Positions 46,910 through 56,443 are shown, numbered from the stretch's first letter. The stretch: 64,000 nucleotides of DNA from an uncultured Desulfatibacillum sp. (GCA_964573635.1 CAZNKG010000001.1:195672-259671), one strand, 5' to 3'. A program made the numbers and translations. Notes: generated by a model not told the origin, from the letters alone.

Positions 46910-48361
46910 ATGCGAGGATCGCAGCGGGCCGGCCCGGCCGCCGGGCGGCCGGGAAAGGGGGGCGCCATTAAAGGGATCGTCATCGCCGGCACCCACAGCG
47001 GGTGCGGCAAGACCACCATCAGCCTGGGGATCGCGGCGGCGCTCGCCCGCCGGGGGCTGAGGGTCGCGCCCTTCAAGGTCGGCCCGGATTTCATCGATCC
47101 CGGCCACCACGGCCGGGCTGCCGGCCGCCCCTGCCGCAACCTGGACGGATGGATGCTCAGCCGCGACTACAACCTGGAGGCCTTTACCCGCGCCGCCGAG
47201 ACGGCCGACATCGCCGTGGTCGAGGGGGTGATGGGCCTCTTCGACGGCATCGACGGGACGAGCGCGGCCGGATCGACCGCGCAGATGGCGGCCTGGCTCA
47301 AGCTTCCCGTGCTGCTCGTCGTCGACGCCCGCAGCATGGCGCGCAGCGCGGCGGCGCTCGTGCAGGGCTTCGAGAATTTCGACCCCGGCCTCGAGTTCGC
47401 CGGTGTGGTCTTCAACCGCGTGGGCAGCCCGCGGCACCTCGAGCTCATCCGGGAGGCCCTATCCGGCCGCGTGCGGATGCCCTGCCGGGGGGGGCTTCTG
47501 CGGGACGAGGCGCTCGCCATCCCCGAGCGGCACCTGGGGCTCACGACCGTCGAGGAGGCCGGCGAGGCGGCCCCGCGGCTCAAACGGCTCGCCGACCAGG
47601 TGGCGCTGCGCCTCGATCTCGACGGGATCCTCGCCGGGCTTCCGGAAACCGCCGCGGCCGGGGACCGGGCGGAGCCCCCCCCCGAGGTCCGGGAGCGCGT
47701 CCGCATCGGGGTCGCCCGGGACGAGGCGTTCTGCTTCTACTATCCGGACAACCTCGAGCTGCTCGAGCGCTACGGCGCCGAGATCGTCCGCTTCTCGCCC
47801 ATCCGCGACCGGGAGCTCCCGCCGGACCTGGGGGGGCTCTACCTCGGCGGCGGCTACCCCGAGCTGCATGCGCCGGCGCTCAGCGCGAACGCGGGGCTGC
47901 GCGGCGCAATCCGCGCGGCGAGCGAAGCCGGGATGCCGATCTATGCCGAGTGCGGCGGCTTCATGTACCTCTGCGCGGAGCTGCACGACCGCGAAAACCG
48001 CCGCTTTCCGATGGCGGGCGTCTTCCCCTTCGCGACGCGCATGCTCCCGCGCCTGAAGGCCTTGGGCTACCGCGAAATGCGCTTTACCCGCGATACGGTC
48101 GTCGGCGAACGCGGCATGGCGATCCGCGGCCATGAGTTCCACTACTCCGAGCTGCTTTCCGGCGGCGGCCCGGCAGAGCTTGCCGCCGCGGTCGCCGGGC
48201 GCAGCGGGGAGGCGCGGGCGGGCGAGGCCGCCGTGGCCCGCCGGACGCTCGCCAGCTACGTCCACCTGCATTTCGGCAGCGCGCCGCGCGCGGCCGCCAA
48301 TTTCGTGGAAAACTGCCGCTACTACCGCGTAACCCGCAGCGAAAGGAAGTGCTCCGCGTGA
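46910..48361 (+). CDS. cbiA: Cobyrinate a,c-diamide synthase
   Basis: IVIAGTHSGCGKTTISLGIAAALARRGLRVAPFKVGPDFIDPGHH and a C-terminal glutamine amidotransferase domain (YAECGGFMYL). The start at 46910 gives about 20 extra N-terminal residues and is uncertain. Confidence 0.9.
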   Translation: MRGSQRAGPAAGRPGKGGAIKGIVIAGTHSGCGKTTISLGIAAALARRGLRVAPFKVGPDFIDPGHHGRAAGRPCRNLDGWMLSRDYNLEAFTRAAETADIAVVEGVMGLFDGIDGTSAAGSTAQMAAWLKLPVLLVVDARSMARSAAALVQGFENFDPGLEFAGVVFNRVGSPRHLELIREALSGRVRMPCRGGLLRDEALAIPERHLGLTTVEEAGEAAPRLKRLADQVALRLDLDGILAGLPETAAAGDRAEPPPEVRERVRIGVARDEAFCFYYPDNLELLERYGAEIVRFSPIRDRELPPDLGGLYLGGGYPELHAPALSANAGLRGAIRAASEAGMPIYAECGGFMYLCAELHDRENRRFPMAGVFPFATRMLPRLKALGYREMRFTRDTVVGERGMAIRGHEFHYSELLSGGGPAELAAAVAGRSGEARAGEAAVARRTLASYVHLHFGSAPRAAANFVENCRYYRVTRSERKCSA

Positions 48362-48972
48362 AACCCGAGGAGATCGAAACCGCAAGCTTTGCGATCATCG
48401 ACCGCGAGGCCGGCCCCCACGGCTTCCCGGACGACGCCTGGCAGATCGTCCGGCGCGTCATCCACACCTCGGCCGACTTCGACTACCTGAAAACCATCCG
48501 CATCCACCCCCGGGCGATCACCGCCGGGACGGCCGCGATCCGCGGCGGGCGCGCGCTCTTCACCGACACGCGCATGGCGCTCTCCGGCATCCGCCGGCCG
48601 CTGCTCGAGCGGTTCGGCGTTCCGGCCGCCTGCGACATCGACGCGGCGGCCGTCCGCGAGGCCGCGCGGGCGGCCGGGACCACGCGGGCCGCGGCGGCCG
48701 TCGACCTGGCGGCCCCGCGGATGGCGGGCGGGATCTATGTCGTCGGCAACGCCCCCACGGCGCTCCTCAGGCTGATCGCGCTGCTCGATTGCGGGCAGGC
48801 GGCACCCGCCTTGATCGTCGGGTTCCCGGTGGGGTTCGTGAACGCCGCCGAGTCCAAGGCGGCGCTCGCCGCGCGCGACCACCCCCACATCACCGCCCTC
48901 GGGCGCAAGGGCGGCTCGAACGTCGCCGCGGCGGTGGTCAACGCGCTGCTGCTCCTCGCGGCGCAGGGGTGA
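48358..48972 (+). CDS. cbiC: Cobalt-precorrin-8 methylmutase
   Basis: MKPEEIETASFAIIDREAG...HTSADFDY...VVGNAPTAL is the CbiC/CobH pattern. GTGA overlap with the cbiA stop. GAAAGGAAG RBS. Confidence 0.9.
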   Translation: MKPEEIETASFAIIDREAGPHGFPDDAWQIVRRVIHTSADFDYLKTIRIHPRAITAGTAAIRGGRALFTDTRMALSGIRRPLLERFGVPAACDIDAAAVREAARAAGTTRAAAAVDLAAPRMAGGIYVVGNAPTALLRLIALLDCGQAAPALIVGFPVGFVNAAESKAALAARDHPHITALGRKGGSNVAAAVVNALLLLAAQG

Positions 48973-49109
48973 GGGGCGATGCGCCGGGCGGCGGGCGCCG
49001 CCCGGCTGCGCGGGTTCTTTTGGTTGAGTCGGTTCTATTGATTGACTTTGGTTGGGCGGGTTGGATGGGTTGACGCAGCGGGGCGTTCGGGAGCGCCGGA
49101 GGTGATGCG

Positions 49110-49850
49110 ATGAAAAAGGCGGGAACCCTTTACGGCATCGGGGTCGGGCCCGGAGACCCGGAGCTGATCACGCTCAAGGCGGCGCGGATCCTCGGCCGCG
49201 TCGCGGTCGTCTTCGCGGCGGCCTCGAGCCGGAACCCCGAGAGCCTGGCGCTGTCGATCGCCCGGCCGCTGATCCCCGAGGCGACGCCGGCCGAGCTGCT
49301 CTATTTCCCCATGACGCGGGAGCGCTCCGAAACCCGGCGGGCGTGGGAGGCGAACGCCCGGCGCATCGCCGAGGTGCTCGACAGCGGGCGCGACGCGGCC
49401 TTCATCACCCTGGGCGACTCGCTCACCTACTCGACCTTCGGCTACCTGATCGAGCACGTGAGGGCCTGCGCGCCGCAGGCCGCCATCGAGACCGTGCCCG
49501 GCATCACCTCCTACCAGGCCGCCGCCTCGCGGCTGGCGATCCCCCTGGTGGAGGGCGAGGGGTCGCTCATGATCGTCTCGGGGGCGACCGGCGGGGAGCG
49601 GCTGCGGGCGCTCTCGCCCAAGCCGGAGACCGTGGTCTTCCTCAAGGCCTACCGCCATCTCGACGACATCTGCGCCGCCCTCGAGGAGAGCGGCGAATAC
49701 CCCTGCTGCGCCGCCGTGAAGCACTGCGGCCGGCCGGAGGAGGAGGTCGTCGAGAGCCTGGAGGCCCTCTGCCGCCAGAAGCCGGACTACTGGACCCTCA
49801 TCATCGCCAAGAAGCGCCGCGACCATGAGCCGGAGCCGCCCCAAATCTAG
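49110..49850 (+). CDS. cbiL: Cobalt-factor-II (precorrin-2) C20-methyltransferase
   Basis: MKKAGTLYGIGVGPGDPELITLKAARIL, a tetrapyrrole methylase fold of CbiL/CobI length (246 aa). Confidence 0.85.
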   Translation: MKKAGTLYGIGVGPGDPELITLKAARILGRVAVVFAAASSRNPESLALSIARPLIPEATPAELLYFPMTRERSETRRAWEANARRIAEVLDSGRDAAFITLGDSLTYSTFGYLIEHVRACAPQAAIETVPGITSYQAAASRLAIPLVEGEGSLMIVSGATGGERLRALSPKPETVVFLKAYRHLDDICAALEESGEYPCCAAVKHCGRPEEEVVESLEALCRQKPDYWTLIIAKKRRDHEPEPPQI

Positions 49851-50877
49851 CCGCGCGATCACCGCCTCGCTGGCGCTCTCGGCGGCCGCGCTCGCGGCCG
49901 CCTCGGCCGTCGTCGGCGGCCTGGGGCTCCATTCCATCGCGCGCGGGCTGCTGCTGCCGATCCTCCAGCTGATGGCGGTGATCGCGGCGGGCCTGATCGT
50001 CGGCCAGGCGATCGAGGCGACCGGCTGGACGCGGCGCGTCGCCTTCCTCGCGCGGCCGCTCTTCCGCTTCGGCCGCCTCGGCGCGCCGTGCGCGGCGGCC
50101 TTCACCGCGGCCTTCGTCTCCGGCGTCGCGGCGAACGCGATGCTCCTCGACTTCTGGAAGTCCGGGCGGATCGACCGCCGGCGCCTCTTCCTCGCCAATT
50201 TCGTCAACCAGTTTCCGGCCTATTTCCTGCACCTGCCGACGACCTTCTTCGTCGTGACCTCGATGACCGGCGCAGCCGGGCTGTGGTATTTCGCGCTCAC
50301 CTTTCTCGCGGCGGCCGGGCGGACCTTTCTCCTGCTGCTCTACGGCAGGCTCAGGCTGCCGCCGGAGGCGGCGGGGCCCGAGGGGGCGCCGCCGCAGGCC
50401 GCCGGCGGCCCGGCGCCGCGCTGGCACGCCGCCTGGCGGGCCGTCCGGGAGCGCTTCCCGGCGCGCCTCGCCCGGATCGGCGTCTATGTGGTGCCCGTCT
50501 ACACGGCGGTCTTCCTGCTGAACCGCGCGGGGTTCTTCGAGGCCATGCGCGATCTTCTCGCGCGCGCGGTCGTGGCGGCCTTCGTGCCGGTGGAGGCGCT
50601 CTCCATCGTGGTGCTCGGCTTCGTCGCCGAGTTCACCTCCGGCTTCGCCGCCGCCGGCGCGCTGATGGACTCCGGGGTGATCACGACCCCCCAGGCGGTC
50701 CTCGCCCTGCTTGTGGGAAACGTGCTCGCCTTCCCCCTCCGCGCCCTGCGCCACCAGCTGCCGCACTACATGGGGATTTTCGACCCGCGCACGGGGCTCG
50801 AGCTGCTGCTGCTGGGGCAGCTGCTGCGGGTGGCGAGCGTCGCCGCCGCCGGGGCTCTCTTTTTTTTATGGAGCTGA
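49825..50877 (+). CDS. Integral membrane protein (nucleoside-recognition/Gate-domain-like) inside the cbi operon
   Basis: 350 aa, hydrophobic, overlapping the cbiL end by 26 nt. Segments (LPILQLMAVIAAGLIVGQAIEATGW...FRFGRLG...AFVSGVAANAML) resemble Gate-domain proteins. The functional call is weak. Confidence 0.55.
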   Translation: MSRSRPKSSRAITASLALSAAALAAASAVVGGLGLHSIARGLLLPILQLMAVIAAGLIVGQAIEATGWTRRVAFLARPLFRFGRLGAPCAAAFTAAFVSGVAANAMLLDFWKSGRIDRRRLFLANFVNQFPAYFLHLPTTFFVVTSMTGAAGLWYFALTFLAAAGRTFLLLLYGRLRLPPEAAGPEGAPPQAAGGPAPRWHAAWRAVRERFPARLARIGVYVVPVYTAVFLLNRAGFFEAMRDLLARAVVAAFVPVEALSIVVLGFVAEFTSGFAAAGALMDSGVITTPQAVLALLVGNVLAFPLRALRHQLPHYMGIFDPRTGLELLLLGQLLRVASVAAAGALFFLWS

Positions 50878-50909
50878 CCGGCTTGAAGGATGGGAGGCGC
50901 CAGACGCCC

Positions 50910-52010
50910 ATGCCGGCGCGCAAAAAACTGAGAACGGGGTTCACCACCGGGGCGGCGGCCGCGGCCGCGGCCAAGGGGGCGCTCCTGCGGCTGCTCGCCG
51001 GCCGGGCGCCCGAGGCGGTCGAGATCGAGCTCCTCTCCGGCGGGCGGATCACGGTCCCCCTCCACCGCTGCCGGAAAACCGGGCCCGGCCGCGCGCGCGC
51101 GAGCGTCATCAAGGATGCGGGCGACGACCCGGACGTCACCCACGGGGCCGAGATCGGGGCGGAGGTGCGGCTCTGCGCGGACCCGGCGGCGCCCGGCCTC
51201 CGGATCACCGGGGGCCCCGGGGTCGGCCGGGTGACCAAGCCGGGCCTCGAGGTGCCCCCCGGCGAGCCGGCGATCAACCCCGGTCCGCGGCGCATGATCG
51301 CCCAGGCCGTGGCGGAGGCCTTCGCCGGCTGCGGCGAGGCGTTGCCCCTCGAGGTCGAGGTCTTCGTCCCCCGGGGGGAGGCGATCGCCCGCCGGACGCT
51401 GAACGCCCGGCTCGGCATCCTCGGGGGGATCTCGATCCTCGGGACGACCGGGGTCGTGCGGCCGATGTCGCATGCGGCCTTCGAGGCGACCATCGCCTGC
51501 GCCCTGGCGGTCGCCCGGGCGGCGGGGCGGCGCGAGGCGCTCCTGACGACCGGCCGCCGCAGCGAGCGCTGCGCCCAGGCCCTGCTGCCGGAGCTGCCCG
51601 AGGAGGCGTGCGTGCAGATCGGGGACTTCTTCGGCCGCGGGCTCGCGCTCGCCGCCGCGCACGGCTTCGAGGCGGTGGTGCTCGCGGCCTTTTTCGGCAA
51701 GGCCCTCAAGATGGCCTCCGGGGCCGCCCAGACGCACGCCGCCCGGGCGGAGCTCCGGCTCGACGGGCTCGCGGGCCTCGCCCGCGAGGCGGGCGACCCG
51801 GGGCTTGCGGCGGCGATCGCCGCCTGCAACACGGCCCGGGAGGCCTTCGGGCTCGTCCGCGAGAAGCGCCCGGAGCTGATCGCCCGGGTCGGCCGCCGGA
51901 TGATGGCGGCCGCCGCGCGCTTCGCCGGACCCGCGGTCCGGATCCGCGGCATCATTCTCGACTACGAGGGCCGCGCGGCCTTCGACTCCCAGGCAGAGGG
52001 GCCTCCATGA
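50910..52010 (+). CDS. cbiD: Cobalt-precorrin-5B (C1)-methyltransferase
   Basis: [20 protein letters not shown]...DAGDDPDVTHGAEI...GPGVGRVTKPGL...AINPGPRRMI is the CbiD pattern. ATG at 50910 lies within a longer artefact ORF. Confidence 0.9.
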   Translation: MPARKKLRTGFTTGAAAAAAAKGALLRLLAGRAPEAVEIELLSGGRITVPLHRCRKTGPGRARASVIKDAGDDPDVTHGAEIGAEVRLCADPAAPGLRITGGPGVGRVTKPGLEVPPGEPAINPGPRRMIAQAVAEAFAGCGEALPLEVEVFVPRGEAIARRTLNARLGILGGISILGTTGVVRPMSHAAFEATIACALAVARAAGRREALLTTGRRSERCAQALLPELPEEACVQIGDFFGRGLALAAAHGFEAVVLAAFFGKALKMASGAAQTHAARAELRLDGLAGLAREAGDPGLAAAIAACNTAREAFGLVREKRPELIARVGRRMMAAAARFAGPAVRIRGIILDYEGRAAFDSQAEGPP

Positions 52011-53257
52011 AACGCACACGCCCGCCGGCGGCCAAACCGCTGGCCGTCATCGGCATGGGGCTGGGCCCGCAGGACCTGACCGCCCGGCACCTCGAGATCA
52101 TCGCCTCCGCCGAGATCCTGATCGGCGGCGCGCGGCTGCTCGCGCACTTCAGCGGCTGCCCGGCGGAGAAGAAAGCCGTGGGCAAGGACGTCGCGGAGAC
52201 GATCGCCTTCATCCGCCGCCGCCTCGGGCGGCGGGCGATGGTCGTGCTCGCCTCCGGCGACCCGCTCTTCTACGGGATCGGCGCACGGCTGGTCGAGGCC
52301 TTCGGCGCGGACCAGGTCGCGCTCTACCCGAACGTCTCCTCGGTCGCCGCGGCCTGCGCGCGGATCGGGGAGCCCTGGGGCGGCATGCGGGTCGTGAGCC
52401 TCCACGGCCGCAAGGACCCCTCCGGGCTCATGCGGGCGCTCGCGGCGCGGGAAACGGTCGCGGTGCTGACCGATCCGGAGCGCGGCCCGGCCTGGATCGC
52501 GCGCACGCTCTGCGAGCGGGGGGTCGAAGGCTATCGCCTCTGCATCTTCGAGGCGCTCGGCAGCGCGGGCGAGCGCTACGGCTGGACCACCCCCCGGCAG
52601 GCGCTGCTGGAAAGCTACCGCGCCCCGAATCTCGTCATCCTGAAATGGGCGCCGGAGCCCGACCCGGGGCCGCAGCCGCTCTATCTCGGCATGCCCGAGG
52701 AGCGCTACGCGCGGCAGGACGGGCTGATCACCAAGGCCGAGGTACGCGCCGTGACGCTCGCGCGGCTGAGGCTTCTGCCCGGCCACACCCTCTGGGACCT
52801 CGGGGCGGGGGCGGGCTCGGTCGCCATCGAGGCCTCCCTCCTGCTGCGGGGCGGCCGGATCGTGGCCGTCGAGAAGGAGGCCGGGCGCGCGGCCCAGATC
52901 CGGGAAAACGCGCGGCGCTTCGGCGTCAAGGGCCTGCGCGTGGTTGAGGCGCGGCTGCCGGAGGGCCTCGCGGGGCTGCCCCCTCCCGACCGGGTCTTCA
53001 TCGGCGGCGGCGGCCGCGAGCTCGGGTCCATCATCGCGGCCGCCGCCGCGCGCCTCAAGCCGCAGGGGCTGATCGCCGTCAACACGGTGGTCCCGGACCA
53101 TCTCGCCGCCGTCCTGGCGGCGCTGCGCGCGCTGGCGTTCTCCGCCGAGCTCGTCCAGGTCCAGGTGAGCCGCGGCCGGGCGATGCCCGACGGCGAGCGG
53201 CTCGAGGCCCTGAACCCGGTGTGGATCGTCACCGGCATGCGAAAGGCGGCGGCGTGA
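52007..53257 (+). CDS. cbiET: Fused cobalt-precorrin-7 (C5)-methyltransferase / cobalt-precorrin-6B (C15)-methyltransferase-decarboxylase (CbiE-CbiT, CobL-like)
   Basis: N-terminal tetrapyrrole methylase (LAVIGMGLGPQDLT...ASGDPLFYGIG). C-terminal SAM-MTase (ITKAEVRAVTLARLRL..GHTLWDLGAGAGSVAIE). ATGA overlap with cbiD. Confidence 0.85.
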   Translation: MKRTRPPAAKPLAVIGMGLGPQDLTARHLEIIASAEILIGGARLLAHFSGCPAEKKAVGKDVAETIAFIRRRLGRRAMVVLASGDPLFYGIGARLVEAFGADQVALYPNVSSVAAACARIGEPWGGMRVVSLHGRKDPSGLMRALAARETVAVLTDPERGPAWIARTLCERGVEGYRLCIFEALGSAGERYGWTTPRQALLESYRAPNLVILKWAPEPDPGPQPLYLGMPEERYARQDGLITKAEVRAVTLARLRLLPGHTLWDLGAGAGSVAIEASLLLRGGRIVAVEKEAGRAAQIRENARRFGVKGLRVVEARLPEGLAGLPPPDRVFIGGGGRELGSIIAAAAARLKPQGLIAVNTVVPDHLAAVLAALRALAFSAELVQVQVSRGRAMPDGERLEALNPVWIVTGMRKAAA

Positions 53258-55143
53258 AGGCGTTATCCCCCGTCCTGTTCGTCGGCGCCGGCCCCGGCGA
53301 CCCGGAGCTGATCACCGTGAAGGGCCGGGCGGCGCTCGCGGCGGCCGACCTCGTGGTCTACGCGGGCTCGCTCGTGCCGCGGGAGCTGCTCCAGTGGGCC
53401 CGCCCGGAGGCCAAGACCGTCGACAGCGCCCCCCTCGACCTGGAGGAGATCGTCGCCGTCATGGAGCGGGCCTGCCGCGCCGGCCGGCGCGTCGTGCGCC
53501 TGCATACCGGCGACCCCAGCCTGTATGGGGCCATCGCCGAGCAGATGGAGGCGCTCGCGGCGCGCGGCATCCCCTGCCGCGTCATCCCGGGGGTGAGCGC
53601 GGCCTTTGCCGCGGCCGCGGCGCTCGGGATCGAATTCACCCGGCCGGAGATCGCCCAGACCCTGATCCTGACCCGCGCCGCCGGCCGCACCCCGGTCCCG
53701 GAGAGCGAAGCGCTCGAGAAGCTCGCCGCCCACCGCACCTCGATGGTGGTCTACCTGAGCGTGGGGCAGGCCCGGGAGGTGGCGGAGGCCCTCGGCCGCG
53801 CCTACGGGCCCGAGGCGCCCCTGGCGGTGGTCTACCGCGCCAGCCACCCCGACGAGAAGATCGTGCGCACGACCCCCGCCGGACTTGCCGAAAGCCTCCG
53901 GCGGGCGGGCATCCGCCGCCAGGCGGTGATCGTCGCCGGCCGGGTCCTGGAGGCGGGCGGCCCCGGCGGGTTTCCGCGCTCGCGGCTTTATGATAGAACC
54001 TTCGCCCACGGGTTCCGGCCGGCCGCGGCGCGCCCGCGCGGCGAGCCCCCGGCGCGCCTGCCGGCGGCCGCCGGCCGAACCGCGCCGGTCGCGGTCTGGG
54101 CGGTGAGCGCCGGCGGCGCGCGGCTCGCGCGGCGGATCGCCGCCGGGCTGCCGGGAGGCCGCGTGCGCCTCCTCGAGCGCTTCGCCCGCGCCGGCGAAGC
54201 CGCCTTCGACCGCCTCGAGCCGGCCGTCGCCGAGGCGTTCCCGCGCTGCAGGGGCCACGTCTTCGTCATGGCCGCCGGGATCGTGGTGCGGGCGATCGCC
54301 GCGCGGATCCGCGACAAGAGCGTCGATCCGGCGGTGGTCGTGGTCGACGAGCGCGGCCGGCACGCGGTCAGCCTGCTTTCCGGCCACCTGGGGGGGGCGA
54401 ACGAGCTCGCCGCCGCGGTGGCGGCGATCACCGGCGGGGCGCCGGTCATCACCACCGCGACCGATGTCCAGGGCAAGCCCGCCATCGACCTGATCGCGAA
54501 GGCGCTCGGGCTCGCGATCGAGAACCCGGCGGCCATCGCCCCGGTGAACGCGGCGCTGCTCGCCGGGCGGGCGATCGGCCTGCACGACCCGCTCGAGCTC
54601 CTCGCCGGGCGCCTGCCGCGCGCCCGGCCGGTCGATCTCGCGCGGCCCTGGCGGGGCCGCGGGCCGTGCGTGGCGGTCGACGACCGGGAAATCGCCGCAC
54701 CGCCCCGCGCGCTCGTCCTGAGGCCGCCGAGCCTCGCCGCCGGGATCGGGTGCAACCGCGGCACCCCCGCCGGGGAGATCCGCGATCGGCTGCACGCCTG
54801 CCTCGCGGAAGCGGGCCTTTCGCCGGCGAGCCTCGCGCGGCTCGCCTCGATCGCGCTCAAGGCCGACGAGGCAGGGCTTCTCGAGCTCGCCCGGGAGAGC
54901 GGTCTGCCGATTGAATTTTTCGAGCGCCGCGCGCTTCGCCGGGTGGAGGGCGACGTCCCGAACCCCTCCGCGCGGGTCGCGGCGCATGTGGGAGTGAAAA
55001 GCGTATGCGAAGCCGCAGCCATCCTGGCGGCGCGCGGGGGGCCGCTGATCGTGCCCAAGCGCGTGAGCCGCAACGTGACGATCGCGATCGCCCGCATCGC
55101 CTGGCGGTCGTCGGCATCGGGCCCGGAAGCCTCGCCCACCTGA
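53254..55143 (+). CDS. cbiFG: Fused cobalt-precorrin-4 C11-methyltransferase / cobalt-precorrin-5A hydrolase (CbiF-CbiG)
   Basis: N-terminal VLFVGAGPGDPELITVKGRAALAAADLVVYAGSLV (CbiF). From about aa 290, a CbiG pattern (VFVMAAGIVVRAIA...SLLSGHLGGANELA...TTATDVQGKPAID...GIGCNRG...VKSVCEAAAIL). GTGA overlap with cbiET. Confidence 0.85.
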   Translation: MKALSPVLFVGAGPGDPELITVKGRAALAAADLVVYAGSLVPRELLQWARPEAKTVDSAPLDLEEIVAVMERACRAGRRVVRLHTGDPSLYGAIAEQMEALAARGIPCRVIPGVSAAFAAAAALGIEFTRPEIAQTLILTRAAGRTPVPESEALEKLAAHRTSMVVYLSVGQAREVAEALGRAYGPEAPLAVVYRASHPDEKIVRTTPAGLAESLRRAGIRRQAVIVAGRVLEAGGPGGFPRSRLYDRTFAHGFRPAAARPRGEPPARLPAAAGRTAPVAVWAVSAGGARLARRIAAGLPGGRVRLLERFARAGEAAFDRLEPAVAEAFPRCRGHVFVMAAGIVVRAIAARIRDKSVDPAVVVVDERGRHAVSLLSGHLGGANELAAAVAAITGGAPVITTATDVQGKPAIDLIAKALGLAIENPAAIAPVNAALLAGRAIGLHDPLELLAGRLPRARPVDLARPWRGRGPCVAVDDREIAAPPRALVLRPPSLAAGIGCNRGTPAGEIRDRLHACLAEAGLSPASLARLASIALKADEAGLLELARESGLPIEFFERRALRRVEGDVPNPSARVAAHVGVKSVCEAAAILAARGGPLIVPKRVSRNVTIAIARIAWRSSASGPEASPT

Positions 55144-55913
55144 CGCGGCGGGCCGAGGAGGTCCTGGCCGCGGCCGAGGTGGTCGCCGGCTACGGGCTCT
55201 ATCTCGACCTGATCGCCCCGCTCACCGCCGGAAAGACGCTGCTGCGCTCCGGCATGCGGCGGGAGCTCGAACGGGTGGAGGGGGCCATCGCCGCGGCCGT
55301 GTCGGGCCGGCCCTGCGCGCTCGTCTCGAGCGGCGACCCGGGGATCTACGCCATGGCGGGCCTCGTCTTCGAGTGCCTCGCCGCCCGCGGGATCGCCGCG
55401 CGGCCGCCCGGCGCCGGCCCGCCGGCCGAGGGCGAGCTCACCGTCGAGGTGGTCCCCGGGGTCCCGGCCCTCTGCGCGGGCGCGGCCCTGCTCGGCGCGC
55501 CGCTCACCCACGACTTCGCGGCGGTCAGCCTGAGCGACCTCCTCACCCCCTGGGAGGTGATCGCGCGGCGGCTCGAAGCGGCCGCCGCCGCCGATTTCGT
55601 GGTGGTGCTCTACAACCCGAAGAGCCGCCGGCGCGACTGGCAGCTTCCGGCCGCGATCGAGATCCTGCGCGCCCACCGCCCGGACGAAACCCCGGTCGGG
55701 GTGGTCACGGGGGCCATGCGGCCGAACCAGGCGGTGCGGATCGTGGCGCTCGGCGCGCTCGACGCCGCGGCGGTCGGCATGCAGACCACGCTCTTCGTCG
55801 GCAGCCGGGCCTCGAGCCGCTATCGCGACTTCATGGTGACGCCGCGGGGGTATGCGGGAAAATACGCGGTCGGCGGGAAAACGGCCGCCGGGGGTCCACA
55901 GGAGGCGCCATGA
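55005..55913 (+). CDS. cbiH: Cobalt-factor-III / precorrin-3B C17-methyltransferase
   Basis: LAVVGIGPGSLAHLTRRAEEVL...SSGDPGIYAMAG...VPGVPALCAGAALLGAPL...VVLYNPKS is the CbiH pattern. The only canonical in-frame start (ATG 55005) overlaps cbiFG by 139 nt. The conserved N-terminus begins at CTG 55101, so the start is unresolved. Confidence 0.8.
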   Translation: MRSRSHPGGARGAADRAQAREPQRDDRDRPHRLAVVGIGPGSLAHLTRRAEEVLAAAEVVAGYGLYLDLIAPLTAGKTLLRSGMRRELERVEGAIAAAVSGRPCALVSSGDPGIYAMAGLVFECLAARGIAARPPGAGPPAEGELTVEVVPGVPALCAGAALLGAPLTHDFAAVSLSDLLTPWEVIARRLEAAAAADFVVVLYNPKSRRRDWQLPAAIEILRAHRPDETPVGVVTGAMRPNQAVRIVALGALDAAAVGMQTTLFVGSRASSRYRDFMVTPRGYAGKYAVGGKTAAGGPQEAP

Positions 55914-56443
55914 GCGCGGCGCAACCGGCCAAGGGCTATGTCCACGTCTACACCGGCGACGGCAAGGGAAAGACGACGGCCGCGATCGGGCTCGCCGTGC
56001 GGGCGGCGGGGGCGGGCCTGGCGGTCTACATCGCCCAGTTCATGAAGCGCGGGGAGTGCGCCGAGGTGCGGGCCCTGGAGCGCCTCGGCGGGGCCGTGCG
56101 CCTCGAGCAGTTCGGGACCGGGCGCTTCGTGCGCGGGGCCCCGGACGAGGCGGAGCGCGAAGCCGGCCGCAGGGGGTTGGAGGCCGTGCGCCGGGTGCTG
56201 CGCGCGGGGCGGCACGCGGTGGTCGTCCTGGACGAGGCGAATGTCGCCGCCGCCTGCGGGATCCTCTCCGAGGAGGAGCTTCTCGACCTGATCGCGCGCC
56301 GCCCCGGGCACGTCGAGCTCGTGTTCACCGGACGCGGCGCGCCGGCCGGCCTCGTCGCGGCCGCCGACCTCGTGACCGAGATGCGCCTGGTCAAGCACTA
56401 CTTCCAGCAGGGGGTCGCCGCGCGGCCCGGGATCGAGAAATGA
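55910..56443 (+). CDS. cobO: Cob(I)yrinic acid a,c-diamide adenosyltransferase (CobO/BtuR type)
   Basis: KGYVHVYTGDGKGKTTAAIGLAVRAAG...VVLDE. ATGA overlap with cbiH. Confidence 0.9.
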   Translation: MSAAQPAKGYVHVYTGDGKGKTTAAIGLAVRAAGAGLAVYIAQFMKRGECAEVRALERLGGAVRLEQFGTGRFVRGAPDEAEREAGRRGLEAVRRVLRAGRHAVVVLDEANVAAACGILSEEELLDLIARRPGHVELVFTGRGAPAGLVAAADLVTEMRLVKHYFQQGVAARPGIEK

